A stretch of DNA of 64,000 bases from assembly GCA_045377275.1 (NCBI GenBank), contig JBJIOA010000031.1, positions 26,202 to 90,201 of the forward strand. The letters run 5' to 3'. The position numbers and the translations under genes were made by a program. Under the pieces are notes generated by a model. It made no database searches and was not told where the DNA came from. It worked only from the letters and a program-made list of their open reading frames with translations. The DNA is from Allorhizobium sp. GTDB lineage: Bacteria; Pseudomonadota; Alphaproteobacteria; Rhizobiales; Rhizobiaceae. Positions 37,605 through 46,564 of this stretch are shown here, in pieces (within the stretch, counting starts at the first letter, position 1; each line of letters starts with the position of its first letter).

Positions 37605-40172
37605 ATGAAATCGAACACCCGTCATGCCCTGCTCGCCGCATCCGCGGCACTTTTCGTCATCGCAGCGCATCCCGTCAGCGCAGAGACCGATGTCGCTGGT
37701 GTCACCGCGGCGGTCAATCCCGATGCAAGCACCATCGACCGCGCCGGCAAGGCGCGGCTGATCTCGCTCGGCGACCCCGTGATCCGCAATCACCGCATCG
37801 AAACCAGCGGTGCCGGCCTCGTGCAGATCCTGCTTGCCGACGGAACGTCGTTTACCGTTGGCCCCAATTCGTCAGTGGTGATCGACAGCTTTGTCTATGA
37901 TCCCGAAAAGAATACGGCGTCGCTGGCGGCAACCATGAGCAAGGGCGCGCTGCGCTTCATCGGTGGCAAGGCATCGAAGGCGAGCGGCAATGTGACGATC
38001 AAGACGCCGATCGGCACGGCCGGCATTCGCGGCGCGGTGGTCGATATCAACCTCAGCGGCCAGACGCCCGACGGCCAGCCCCTGCCACCACACATGACGC
38101 TGGTCTATGGCAAGGAAGTGCAGCTCACCGGCAATGGCGCGCCGCAGCGGTTGTTCAAACAGGGCTTCTCCATCGTTGCCGGCGAGGGCCAGCCGCGCGT
38201 CCAGCGCACCCCGCCGCAATGGGTGAGCGGGCTGCAGCAGGTGCTCGCCGGCCGTCCCGGCCAGAGCGGTGGCGCGAGCAGCGTGCCGACGGAGCAGACT
38301 GTCGCCAGCAGCCCGGTTGCTGAAAGCAATTCAGCCCAGTTGCCGTCGGAGAATGCCATCCCCGTGCCGACACCGCGCCCGGTCGTGACGACACCGGTCG
38401 AGGAGGTGGCGAGCGCTTCGCAGCGTGATGTGGGGACAAGGCCGCAGGTGCCGGGCGGCGATGGAAACAATAGCGGCGGCGGTGGTGACGGCGGCAATGA
38501 CGAAACAGAGATCGCCGTTTCCGTGCTTTCGCCCAAGGAGGCTTCCGGAGGGAGTGGGCCTCTGGTGCCGCCCAGTGGCAGCTTCAATGGTCCGAGGCTC
38601 GGCGAATCTCGGGGTACACTCACCCGAAACGCCGATGGGACCCTAAGCGGCGCCGATGGCGACGGTAACAGCTTCACCCTGCCGGCGTTGAGCTCAACCA
38701 GCGCTCTGACGGAGCGGAGCGTATCCGGCTCAGTCAACGGGACAGCCGTGACCGGGACGGCCTACACCGGAAGCGGTGGCTTTTTCACCTATATGCTGAC
38801 GGCCGGCAGCAGCGATCCAGAGGCGTTTTATGTCATCGGCGGCACGCCGGCAAATGCGACCACAACGCTGTCTACGGGGCAGATCCTGGCTTACGTGTTG
38901 GAACCGGATCTGCTTGCTGCGTTGACAAATGCTGAAGACACGACCATCCCGTTCACCGGCAGCTTCATCGGTGGCAATGAAGCCGTGGTGAGCGACCTTC
39001 TCGTTGGTGGGACCAGTGGTGGAAGCGGCACGACGATCGGACGTGCGCTGCAGGCCTCGCTAAGCATCAACGGCACAGGTGCCGGCCAGACGAGTGCGAT
39101 TAATGTGTTCAGCGGGAGTTTTGATGCGCTGAATGGTGGAGGCTATGGCCTCGTCGCCTCGACGGCGGGATCAAGCCGGTCCAATGCTATCAATTCGGCG
39201 GTGAACAGCCAGGGCAAGGCCGGGAGTATCGGCTCCACCGCCGGGAAGGATCATTTCCTCGGTACAAACGGCGAGTATCTGGTGATCGGCTCGGGATCGA
39301 TCGGTGCAACACAATTCGGCTCTCCCGCTCCCGTTTATCAAGGATATGAGCAGGTACATGTTGCGAGCCGCGATGATGAGGCGACCGCTTCAGGCAGCCG
39401 CACCTTCAGCGGACAAGTTGGCGGCTTCTCCTCCGCAGTAATCCGGCAATGGGGCAGCAACAATCTGACGCGCGGCAGCTTCAGCCTCAACTTCGACAAT
39501 GCTGCGGGCACGTTCACCGGGGGCATCAGCACCGGCGGCGGCAGCTACTTCGCCGAATTTTACGGAGAAGCCGACCGATCCTATCTGTCCGACCAAGTGA
39601 TTGCCGGAACCAATTCAAAGGACGGCGCCTATATGGTGTCGTCTGCCGTGGTGCCGGCAAAGATCTTCAACAACAACACCAGCGCCGCCATTTGTAACGC
39701 CTGTGAATTCATGACATGGGGCTGGTGGGGTCGCAATGTCTATGGCGAAGTCAACTACACGGTCCATCTCGGCAACTGGATCATCGGCAAGCAGCCGGAA
39801 AACAGCGCTCTGCCCACCTCGGGTACCGCGACCTATAACGGCAATGCCGTGGGCACGGTGGTCAATGGCAGCGAACAATACATCGCCACAGGCACGATGA
39901 CCTCGACAATGGATTTCAACGCGCGCTCTGGGACCGTTTCTGTCTCCAACTACGACAGCAAGAGTTTCAGCGCAGAGGTGAACTTCGGCAGCGGCGCGGC
40001 GACTTTCGGCGGCAACGTGACGAGCGGCGTCGCGTCCGGCAGCGTCACCGGCGCCTTCGCCGCCAATGGCACCGATCCCGTCAAGGGCATCATGGGCAAT
40101 TTCTCGGCGACTGATGGCAGCTGGTCGTCGACCGGGATCTTTGCCGGCAGCACGACAGGCGTCGTTCCGTGA
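37605..40172 (+). CDS. secreted FecR-domain protein with C-terminal TbpB/fHbp-type 8-stranded beta-barrel domain
   Basis: Sec signal …VIAAHPVSA/ETD with no lipobox Cys. FecR-type domain …IETSGAGLVQILLADGTSFTVGPNSSVVI…LRFIGGK…VTIKTPIGTAGIRGAVVDI. C-terminus ATYNGNAVGTV…TMDFNARSGTVSVSN…VTGAFAANGTDPVKGIMGNF…TGIFAGS. Confidence 0.75.
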   Translation: MKSNTRHALLAASAALFVIAAHPVSAETDVAGVTAAVNPDASTIDRAGKARLISLGDPVIRNHRIETSGAGLVQILLADGTSFTVGPNSSVVIDSFVYDPEKNTASLAATMSKGALRFIGGKASKASGNVTIKTPIGTAGIRGAVVDINLSGQTPDGQPLPPHMTLVYGKEVQLTGNGAPQRLFKQGFSIVAGEGQPRVQRTPPQWVSGLQQVLAGRPGQSGGASSVPTEQTVASSPVAESNSAQLPSENAIPVPTPRPVVTTPVEEVASASQRDVGTRPQVPGGDGNNSGGGGDGGNDETEIAVSVLSPKEASGGSGPLVPPSGSFNGPRLGESRGTLTRNADGTLSGADGDGNSFTLPALSSTSALTERSVSGSVNGTAVTGTAYTGSGGFFTYMLTAGSSDPEAFYVIGGTPANATTTLSTGQILAYVLEPDLLAALTNAEDTTIPFTGSFIGGNEAVVSDLLVGGTSGGSGTTIGRALQASLSINGTGAGQTSAINVFSGSFDALNGGGYGLVASTAGSSRSNAINSAVNSQGKAGSIGSTAGKDHFLGTNGEYLVIGSGSIGATQFGSPAPVYQGYEQVHVASRDDEATASGSRTFSGQVGGFSSAVIRQWGSNNLTRGSFSLNFDNAAGTFTGGISTGGGSYFAEFYGEADRSYLSDQVIAGTNSKDGAYMVSSAVVPAKIFNNNTSAAICNACEFMTWGWWGRNVYGEVNYTVHLGNWIIGKQPENSALPTSGTATYNGNAVGTVVNGSEQYIATGTMTSTMDFNARSGTVSVSNYDSKSFSAEVNFGSGAATFGGNVTSGVASGSVTGAFAANGTDPVKGIMGNFSATDGSWSSTGIFAGSTTGVVP

Positions 40173-42403
40173 CCAAAGCAGCTGGTGGCCTGCGCCCCGA
40201 ACAAAGAGAAGAGCGGCCTGTATCGCGCCGCCTGTCCTCCTCGCAGCGCCGCAAGCTCGGCGTTGTGCTTGTCGGCCTGGCAGCGCTCTTGGCCGTTATT
40301 CTCGGCCATGCCGCTTTCTCCTCCCAGGCCTTTCGGCTCACGGCGCTGGTCTTCGACACCTATCAGGTGATGAAGCCGCGGGACGCGACTGATCCGCCGG
40401 TTGCGGTCATCGACATCGACGAAGTGTCGATCGGCAAGCTCGGACAATGGCCCTGGTCGCGTGACACGGTGGCCGAGATGGTGACCAGGGCAAGCAGTCT
40501 TGGCGCGGCAGCAATCGGCTTTGACATCGTGTTTTCCGAACCGGACCGGACGGCACCGGCGCGCCTCATCGAAGCGATGCGGCGCCGGGGGATCGACATC
40601 GACATCGGCGCCGATCTGCCGGACCCGGATGAACAACTGGCCGAGGTGGTGGCCTCGAACGCCGTGGCGCTCGGGATCGCGCTCAGCAATGAAACCACCG
40701 CGCCGGCACCTGAGCCGAAGGCGGGATTTTCGTTTCTGGGACCCGACCCGCGGGCGCGCCTCTCGCCCTATTCAGGCGCCTTGTCCAACCTTTCAGCGTT
40801 GACCGAACGCGCGACCGCAATGGGCTATTTCTCCTTCCCGCCAACGCCTGACAACATCATCCGCACCTTCCCGCTCGTCTCCCTGAGCGGTGACCGGCTC
40901 TATCCGGCGCTTTCGATCGAGACGCTCCGGATCGCACAACAGGAGGGCTCCTTCGTGCTGCGCTCTGCGGGCACAGAGGAAGGCTCGGCCTTCACGGACT
41001 TAAGGGTCGGGGCGCTCGACGTGCCGCTCTCGGCCGACGGCGAGATCTGGATCTACTATTCCGGCCTTCCGAACATGCCAGTCATATCGGCCGCCGATCT
41101 CTTCGACCCGACGAAAGCCGACACATTGGCAGGTCTGACCCAGGGGCGCATCCTGCTGGTCGGCACCAGCGCGGTCGGCCTTCGCGATATCGTGGCGACC
41201 CCGGTCGATCCGGCGATGCCCGGCGTCAAGGTACATGCCGAAATCATCGACCAGATCGCCAGCGGGGTATTCTTGCAGCGGCCCGACTGGATCCTCGGGG
41301 CAGAACGGGCGGCGGCTGTTATCGTCGGCTTGATCCTGCTGACGGTCCTTGCGACAGCCGCCCCGGCTGTTTCGGTGGTGACGGGCCTGCTGCTGGCCGG
41401 GCTTGTCGCCGGCGGATCCTGGTTTGCCTATTACCGGGCGTTGACGCTTTTCGATCCGCTGCTGCCCATGACTGCCCTCGGCGCGGTGTTGCTGACAGCA
41501 CTGCCGCTCCTTCTGATGCTTACCCATCGGGAGAAACGCTTCGTGCGTGAGAGCTTCGGCCGCTATCTCTCGCCGACCCTGGTCGAACGCCTCTCCGAAA
41601 ACCCGGAAGGTCTTACGCTGGGCGGCGAGGACCGCGAACTCACGATTCTCTTTTCCGACATCAGAGGCTTTACCGGCCTCTCCGAAAAATTGACGCCGAC
41701 CGAGCTCACGGGGCTCCTCAACAACTTCCTGACGCCGATGACCGACGTGCTTTTGCAGCGCGAGGCGACGATCGACAAATATATCGGCGATGCGATCATG
41801 GCCTTCTGGAATGCGCCGCTCGACATTGCCGAACATCCGCAGAAGGCGTGCCTCGCGGCGCTCGACATGGTCGCGGCCCTGGACCGTCTGAACCGCGAAA
41901 GCGGCATGACGCTCAAGATCGGCATCGGGCTGAACACAGGCATGGCCTGTGTCGGCAATCTCGGCTCCGACCAGCGCTTCAGCTATTCCTGCCTCGGCGA
42001 CAGCGTCAATTTGGCCTCCCGCGTCGAAGGCATGACCAAGCTTTACGACGTCTCGATCCTGGTCACCGAGGAGGTACGGGGTGGCACGACGGGTCTCGTT
42101 TTTGCTGAGGTGGACCGGGTGCGCGTCGTCGGCCGGCAGGCGCCCGTGACGCTCTATGCGCTGATCGGTCGTGCGGATGAAGCGGCGTCGGAGCAGAAGG
42201 ACCTGCTGACCGCGCATGGTGCCTTCATCCGTGCCTGGCAAACGGGCGACTTGTTGGCTGCACGCAACCTGTTGAAAGTCCTCCTGGTACTGCCGCAGAA
42301 CCCGCTCACCGGCACGCATGCACTCTACCGGGAAAGGCTCTCAGAACTCCCCGACACCGCTCCGGAAAACTGGGGCGGCGTTACTATCGCAAGCAGCAAA
42401 TGA
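40169..42403 (+). CDS. CHASE2-sensor class III adenylate/guanylate cyclase
   Basis: GTG start overlaps the upstream stop (GTGA). Periplasmic CHASE2-like region …VAVIDIDEVSIGKLGQWPWSRD…FDIVFSEPDR, TM helices, then the cyclase core LTILFSDIRGFTGLSE…KYIGDAIMAFWNAP…GIGLNTG…VGNLGS…YSCLGDSVNLASRVEG. Confidence 0.9.
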   Translation: MTKAAGGLRPEQREERPVSRRLSSSQRRKLGVVLVGLAALLAVILGHAAFSSQAFRLTALVFDTYQVMKPRDATDPPVAVIDIDEVSIGKLGQWPWSRDTVAEMVTRASSLGAAAIGFDIVFSEPDRTAPARLIEAMRRRGIDIDIGADLPDPDEQLAEVVASNAVALGIALSNETTAPAPEPKAGFSFLGPDPRARLSPYSGALSNLSALTERATAMGYFSFPPTPDNIIRTFPLVSLSGDRLYPALSIETLRIAQQEGSFVLRSAGTEEGSAFTDLRVGALDVPLSADGEIWIYYSGLPNMPVISAADLFDPTKADTLAGLTQGRILLVGTSAVGLRDIVATPVDPAMPGVKVHAEIIDQIASGVFLQRPDWILGAERAAAVIVGLILLTVLATAAPAVSVVTGLLLAGLVAGGSWFAYYRALTLFDPLLPMTALGAVLLTALPLLLMLTHREKRFVRESFGRYLSPTLVERLSENPEGLTLGGEDRELTILFSDIRGFTGLSEKLTPTELTGLLNNFLTPMTDVLLQREATIDKYIGDAIMAFWNAPLDIAEHPQKACLAALDMVAALDRLNRESGMTLKIGIGLNTGMACVGNLGSDQRFSYSCLGDSVNLASRVEGMTKLYDVSILVTEEVRGGTTGLVFAEVDRVRVVGRQAPVTLYALIGRADEAASEQKDLLTAHGAFIRAWQTGDLLAARNLLKVLLVLPQNPLTGTHALYRERLSELPDTAPENWGGVTIASSK

Positions 42404-42409
42404 CGGTTC

Positions 42410-44680
42410 TCACTCGTGCAGCGACTGCACCACGCGGTTGGCAATCGTCAGCCGTTCGGCGAGCGTGGTTGCGCAGAGGCGGTGGACGAGGAGTGCCAGC
42501 TCAGGGTCTGCCTGTTCGAGATAGCGCAGCTGGCGCCGGGCCAGGCGATAGACGGTCGAGGGGACCTCCGCCACGACATCGGCCGTGCGGGGGCCACCGC
42601 GATAGATGGCGATTTCGCCGAGCACAACGCCCGGCTTGACGGTTCGGAGACGCAGGCGCTTGCCGTTGCCGAGCACGGCCTCGACCTTGGCGCGGCCGGT
42701 CCAAAGCAGGAAGAGATCCTCTCCCGGTTCCCCCGCCCGGATGAAACGATCACCCGGCTGCAGGCGGATTTCCTCCATCGAGGCGACGAGGTCCTTCAGC
42801 CGTGCGCTCGGACCAATGGTCTGGGCGAAATAGTCCTCGATATCCTGCCAGGTCTCTTCGCGACTGATGGCGGCGATCAGCCGTTCCTCGCAGCGCTCCA
42901 GGGCATGGTCGAGGTCACGTTCCCGGCCGACGGAAGGGTCGGAGACGAAATCGATGCCGTTTCTGGCCAGGGCTTGCTCGATCTCGGGCGAAAGGCTGCT
43001 GAAGACCAGCTCGACCTCGCTGCCGGCCAGCAGGTTGCGGATCTTGACGAAGGTGGCGGCAGCGGCCGCATCCATGCCGCTGACACGGCGGAAATCGATG
43101 ACGACGAAGCGCAGCGACAGGCGGCTGCGATCCTGCTGGCGGCGGCGGATCGCCTCGATGATCTGTTCTGCCGTGCCGAAAAACAGGAATTCCTGCAGTT
43201 CCAGCACCTGGACCTGCTCACCTTCCAGCTCGATCAGGCTGTTTTCTGCCGGCGGGCGGTCGATGCTGCTCTTGCGTTCACGCAGCGAGGCGTTGACGCG
43301 GATGACCGAGAGACGGGCATAGTTGTAGACGAAGCTGGCGATGGACAGCGCAAGGCCGAGCGCCATGCCGCCCATGAAGCCGAAGGCCGCCATGCCGAGG
43401 GGGATGGCGAGGACAGCAAGCCATTCCATGCGCGGCAGTTGCGTGCGTGTGCGCCACAGCCAGTCCTGGATCAGTTCGATGCCGAGCGCGATCATCAGAC
43501 CGGCGGCCACGAAAGTCGGCATGGCGCCGGCCAGTTCGCCGGCAAAGGGCAGCATCAGCGCCAGCATCAGGGCAGTCGCGATACCGACGGAACGGGCCTT
43601 GGCCCCCATCCGGTTTGCGAGCAGCGTCATGGACAGGCCGGTAAAGCCGGGCGCACCACCGAAGCCGCCAGCCACGATATTGGCGATGCCGGTCGTGCGC
43701 AGTTCGGCATCGGCATCGATTTCCTGGCGGGTTGCAACCTCGAGGCCACTGGTGTTGAGCAGCAGCCCGACCATGCCGAGCAGCGCCACCGAGATGATCG
43801 CCGGCAGGGCATGGAGGACCACCGACCAATCGGCAGAGGCGACGACTTCGACGGGGTTCGGGAGGGCAAAACCCTGATCCGCAGACATGGCCGGCAACCA
43901 CTGCATTGCCCTTGCCTGCTCGCTTTCGACACCGATCACCGCCAGCATGGCATAAAAGAGGATCCCACCGCCGAGCAGAACCAGCGGCATGGTTAGAGGG
44001 CTCGTCGAGCGCCTGATGGCAAAGACCATGACGATCGAAAAGACGACCGCGACATAGAGATTGGCAACCGCCTGTTGCCCCTCGGGGCGGACCAGGAGAT
44101 CGACGAGGTTGCGATCCCCGATGATCATCATCACGGCGCCCTGGATGAGCAGCCAGCCGGAGCCGGCGAGGAAACCGGCAACGACCGGATAGGGCATGAA
44201 GCGCACGAGCCGACCGAAGCGGCCAAGGCCGAAAAGCCAGAAGACCGCACCGGTGACCACGGCGCTGGACCCCAGAATGGCAAAGGCGGTGGCGACCTTG
44301 ACCTCCTCGGAGGCGAATTCCAGCTGCAGGGTGGCGGCGGCAATCGCGGTCGCAAGGATGGCGATGCTCGCCTCCTGCACCTGGCCGATGCTCGAGGGAT
44401 AGCGGCTGCGCAGCCCAATCCACAGCGCCATGACAATGCTGGACATGAGAATGACGCCGACGCCCATGGAAAAGCCCGCCGCCAGTGGCCCGGCAAAGAT
44501 CAGCGCGGCAAAGGCAATGCTTGTGCCCAAACCATCGATGCCGGCGATGATCGCAAAGAGCACGGGTGCGAGGGTGCGGCTGGCGGCGCTCGGAACCGTA
44601 TAGCGCCATGCCCGCTGTCGCGAGACGACATCGACCGCGGCCTTGCGATCGGGGGCGGGCGCTGGATTGTGGATGTTCAC
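42410..44680 (-). CDS. SulP-family anion transporter with C-terminal STAS and cyclic-nucleotide-binding (CAP-type) domains
   Basis: 756 aa with a polytopic SulP core, then a STAS-like segment (…RFVVIDFRRVSGMDAAAAATFVKI…). The cNMP-binding domain is …FIRAGEPGEDLFLLWTGRAKVEAVLGNGKRLRLRTVKPGVVLGEIAIYRGGPRTADVVA…. Confidence 0.85.
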   Translation of the reverse strand: MNIHNPAPAPDRKAAVDVVSRQRAWRYTVPSAASRTLAPVLFAIIAGIDGLGTSIAFAALIFAGPLAAGFSMGVGVILMSSIVMALWIGLRSRYPSSIGQVQEASIAILATAIAAATLQLEFASEEVKVATAFAILGSSAVVTGAVFWLFGLGRFGRLVRFMPYPVVAGFLAGSGWLLIQGAVMMIIGDRNLVDLLVRPEGQQAVANLYVAVVFSIVMVFAIRRSTSPLTMPLVLLGGGILFYAMLAVIGVESEQARAMQWLPAMSADQGFALPNPVEVVASADWSVVLHALPAIISVALLGMVGLLLNTSGLEVATRQEIDADAELRTTGIANIVAGGFGGAPGFTGLSMTLLANRMGAKARSVGIATALMLALMLPFAGELAGAMPTFVAAGLMIALGIELIQDWLWRTRTQLPRMEWLAVLAIPLGMAAFGFMGGMALGLALSIASFVYNYARLSVIRVNASLRERKSSIDRPPAENSLIELEGEQVQVLELQEFLFFGTAEQIIEAIRRRQQDRSRLSLRFVVIDFRRVSGMDAAAAATFVKIRNLLAGSEVELVFSSLSPEIEQALARNGIDFVSDPSVGRERDLDHALERCEERLIAAISREETWQDIEDYFAQTIGPSARLKDLVASMEEIRLQPGDRFIRAGEPGEDLFLLWTGRAKVEAVLGNGKRLRLRTVKPGVVLGEIAIYRGGPRTADVVAEVPSTVYRLARRQLRYLEQADPELALLVHRLCATTLAERLTIANRVVQSLHE

Positions 44681-44880
44681 GGCTTTTCCTGCTCTTGAAA
44701 AGGCATTCGCCGCCGGGCACGTCTTGCCGGCTTACCGACTGGTAGACGGCGCTGGCGTGGCGGGCAACGCGACCATCCGGATCGGCCCAAACTTGGCCGG
44801 ATCGGGTGCAGAAAAGGCTTCAGTCGAAGGGGAAAACCCGGCGGTTTCAACGGGTCAAAGCCAGAGGGGAGCGCCGGTGG

Positions 44881-45372
44881 CTATTTGCGCTTCGCCTGCA
44901 ACACGGCAGTGCCGAGGCGCTCGACGGCGCGGCGGAGGTTCTCGTTCTCGATACCATCCATCATCGCTTCCAGCCGGCGGGCCTTCTCACCTTCCAGCTT
45001 GCGGATACGGGGTCTCGTGATCGCCACCGAAACAGGCTTCTGGACGATGCGAACCTGGCCGATCGCGGGATAACCGAAGAAGCCGTTGATGCGGGCGATC
45101 AGTTCGCCCTGGGCATGGGAGAGAAAGAGCGCACGCGCGCCTTCGCAGGCAACCGTCAGCACACCGGGGCGATGGCCGCCATCTTCAGGAAGATCCGAGC
45201 GGCGCGGCCAGGCGATTTTTTCCGGCCGGGTGCAATCGGCAAAACCTTCGCCGACAATGTCTTCCCAGGAGCCGAGCAGCGCCGTGTTGATGCCCGCACG
45301 CCTGGCCAGCACCGGGTCGACTATGCCGTTGGCGATCTCGGAAATCTGGTTTGCGCCCTTGAACGTGGCCAT
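44881..45372 (-). CDS. DUF721 (DciA-like) protein
   Basis: 163 aa, divergent from mutY as is usual in alpha-proteobacteria. …VDPVLARRAGINTALLGSWEDIVG…LTVACEGARALFLSHAQGELIARINGFFG… fits the DUF721 pattern. Confidence 0.7.
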   Translation of the reverse strand: MATFKGANQISEIANGIVDPVLARRAGINTALLGSWEDIVGEGFADCTRPEKIAWPRRSDLPEDGGHRPGVLTVACEGARALFLSHAQGELIARINGFFGYPAIGQVRIVQKPVSVAITRPRIRKLEGEKARRLEAMMDGIENENLRRAVERLGTAVLQAKRK

Positions 45373-45454
45373 GGCCTCTGGGGATCCTTAAAATCCGCCC
45401 TTGAACGGGCGACTGCTTTGGCCAGATATAGGCCATCCTCCCCTCTCTTCGCAA

Positions 45455-46561
45455 ATGACCGGCGTGACACTCCCCAGCAAAGCACCGACAAGACCGACGG
45501 CCCCCATGCTTCTTGCCTGGTATGACCGGCATCACCGCGAGCTTCCCTGGCGGATTTCGCCCGCAGCCGCAAAGCGCGGGGCGAGGCCAGATCCGTACTA
45601 CATCTGGATGTCGGAGGTAATGCTGCAGCAAACGACGGTTGCGGCGGTGAAGGCCTACTTTGCCAAGTTCATCCGTCGCTGGCCGACGGTCAAGGATCTC
45701 GCGGAGGCGCCGAACGAGGATGTCATGGCGGCCTGGGCAGGGCTTGGCTATTACGCCCGCGCCCGCAATCTGAAGAAATGCGCGGAGGCCGTGGCATCAG
45801 AGCATGGCGGTGTGTTTCCCGATACCGAAGAGGGTTTGCGCGCACTTCCGGGCATCGGCGACTATACCTCGGCGGCAGTTGCGGCGATCGCCTTCAACCG
45901 GCCGTCGGCTGTGATGGACGGCAATGTCGAGCGGGTGATCTCGCGGCTTTTTGCCATCGAGGCGCCGCTTCCGGGATCGAAGCCGCAGATGAAGGCGAAG
46001 GTCGGGGAACTCACGCCGACCGATCGGCCCGGGGACTTCGCCCAGGCGATGATGGATCTCGGCGCTACGATCTGCACGCCGAAGCGGCCGGCCTGCGCGC
46101 TCTGTCCGTTCAACGATGCCTGTCTAGCACTGGCAACCGACGAGCCGGAGCGTTTTCCGGTGAAGGCGGCGAAGAAGGCGAAACCGCTGCGGCTCGGGGC
46201 CGCCTTCGTCGCAGTCGATCGCGACGGGCAGCTTCTCTTGCGCAAGCGGGTGGAGAGCGGCCTGCTGGGCGGCATGACGGAGGTGCCGACGACGGACTGG
46301 ACCTCGCGACAGGACGGCGAGACGGGGATCGAGGCTGCACCCTTCCCGGCCGACTGGCAGGCGGCGGGCGCGATCTCCCATGTCTTCACCCATTTCGAGC
46401 TTAGACTTTCGATCTTTCGCGTCGGGCCGGTCGACCGTCCTGCCGGCGATCACGGGTTTTGGGTGCCCGTCACCGAACTTGATGGTCAAGCGCTGCCGAC
46501 TGTCATGAAGAAGGCAATTGCAGCGGCTATTCCAATCGCCTTTCAACATTCCAAAGGGTAA
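45455..46561 (+). CDS. mutY: A/G-specific adenine DNA glycosylase MutY
   Basis: …LLAWYDRHHRELPWR…DPYYIWMSEVMLQQT…. HhH-GPD segment LPGIGDYTSAAVAAIAF. 4Fe-4S Cys cluster C-x6-C-x2-C-x5-C (CTPKRPACALCPFNDAC). C-terminal NUDIX-like domain. The start is uncertain; the ORF is open from 45401. Confidence 0.92.
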   Translation: MTGVTLPSKAPTRPTAPMLLAWYDRHHRELPWRISPAAAKRGARPDPYYIWMSEVMLQQTTVAAVKAYFAKFIRRWPTVKDLAEAPNEDVMAAWAGLGYYARARNLKKCAEAVASEHGGVFPDTEEGLRALPGIGDYTSAAVAAIAFNRPSAVMDGNVERVISRLFAIEAPLPGSKPQMKAKVGELTPTDRPGDFAQAMMDLGATICTPKRPACALCPFNDACLALATDEPERFPVKAAKKAKPLRLGAAFVAVDRDGQLLLRKRVESGLLGGMTEVPTTDWTSRQDGETGIEAAPFPADWQAAGAISHVFTHFELRLSIFRVGPVDRPAGDHGFWVPVTELDGQALPTVMKKAIAAAIPIAFQHSKG

Positions 46562-46564
46562 GAC

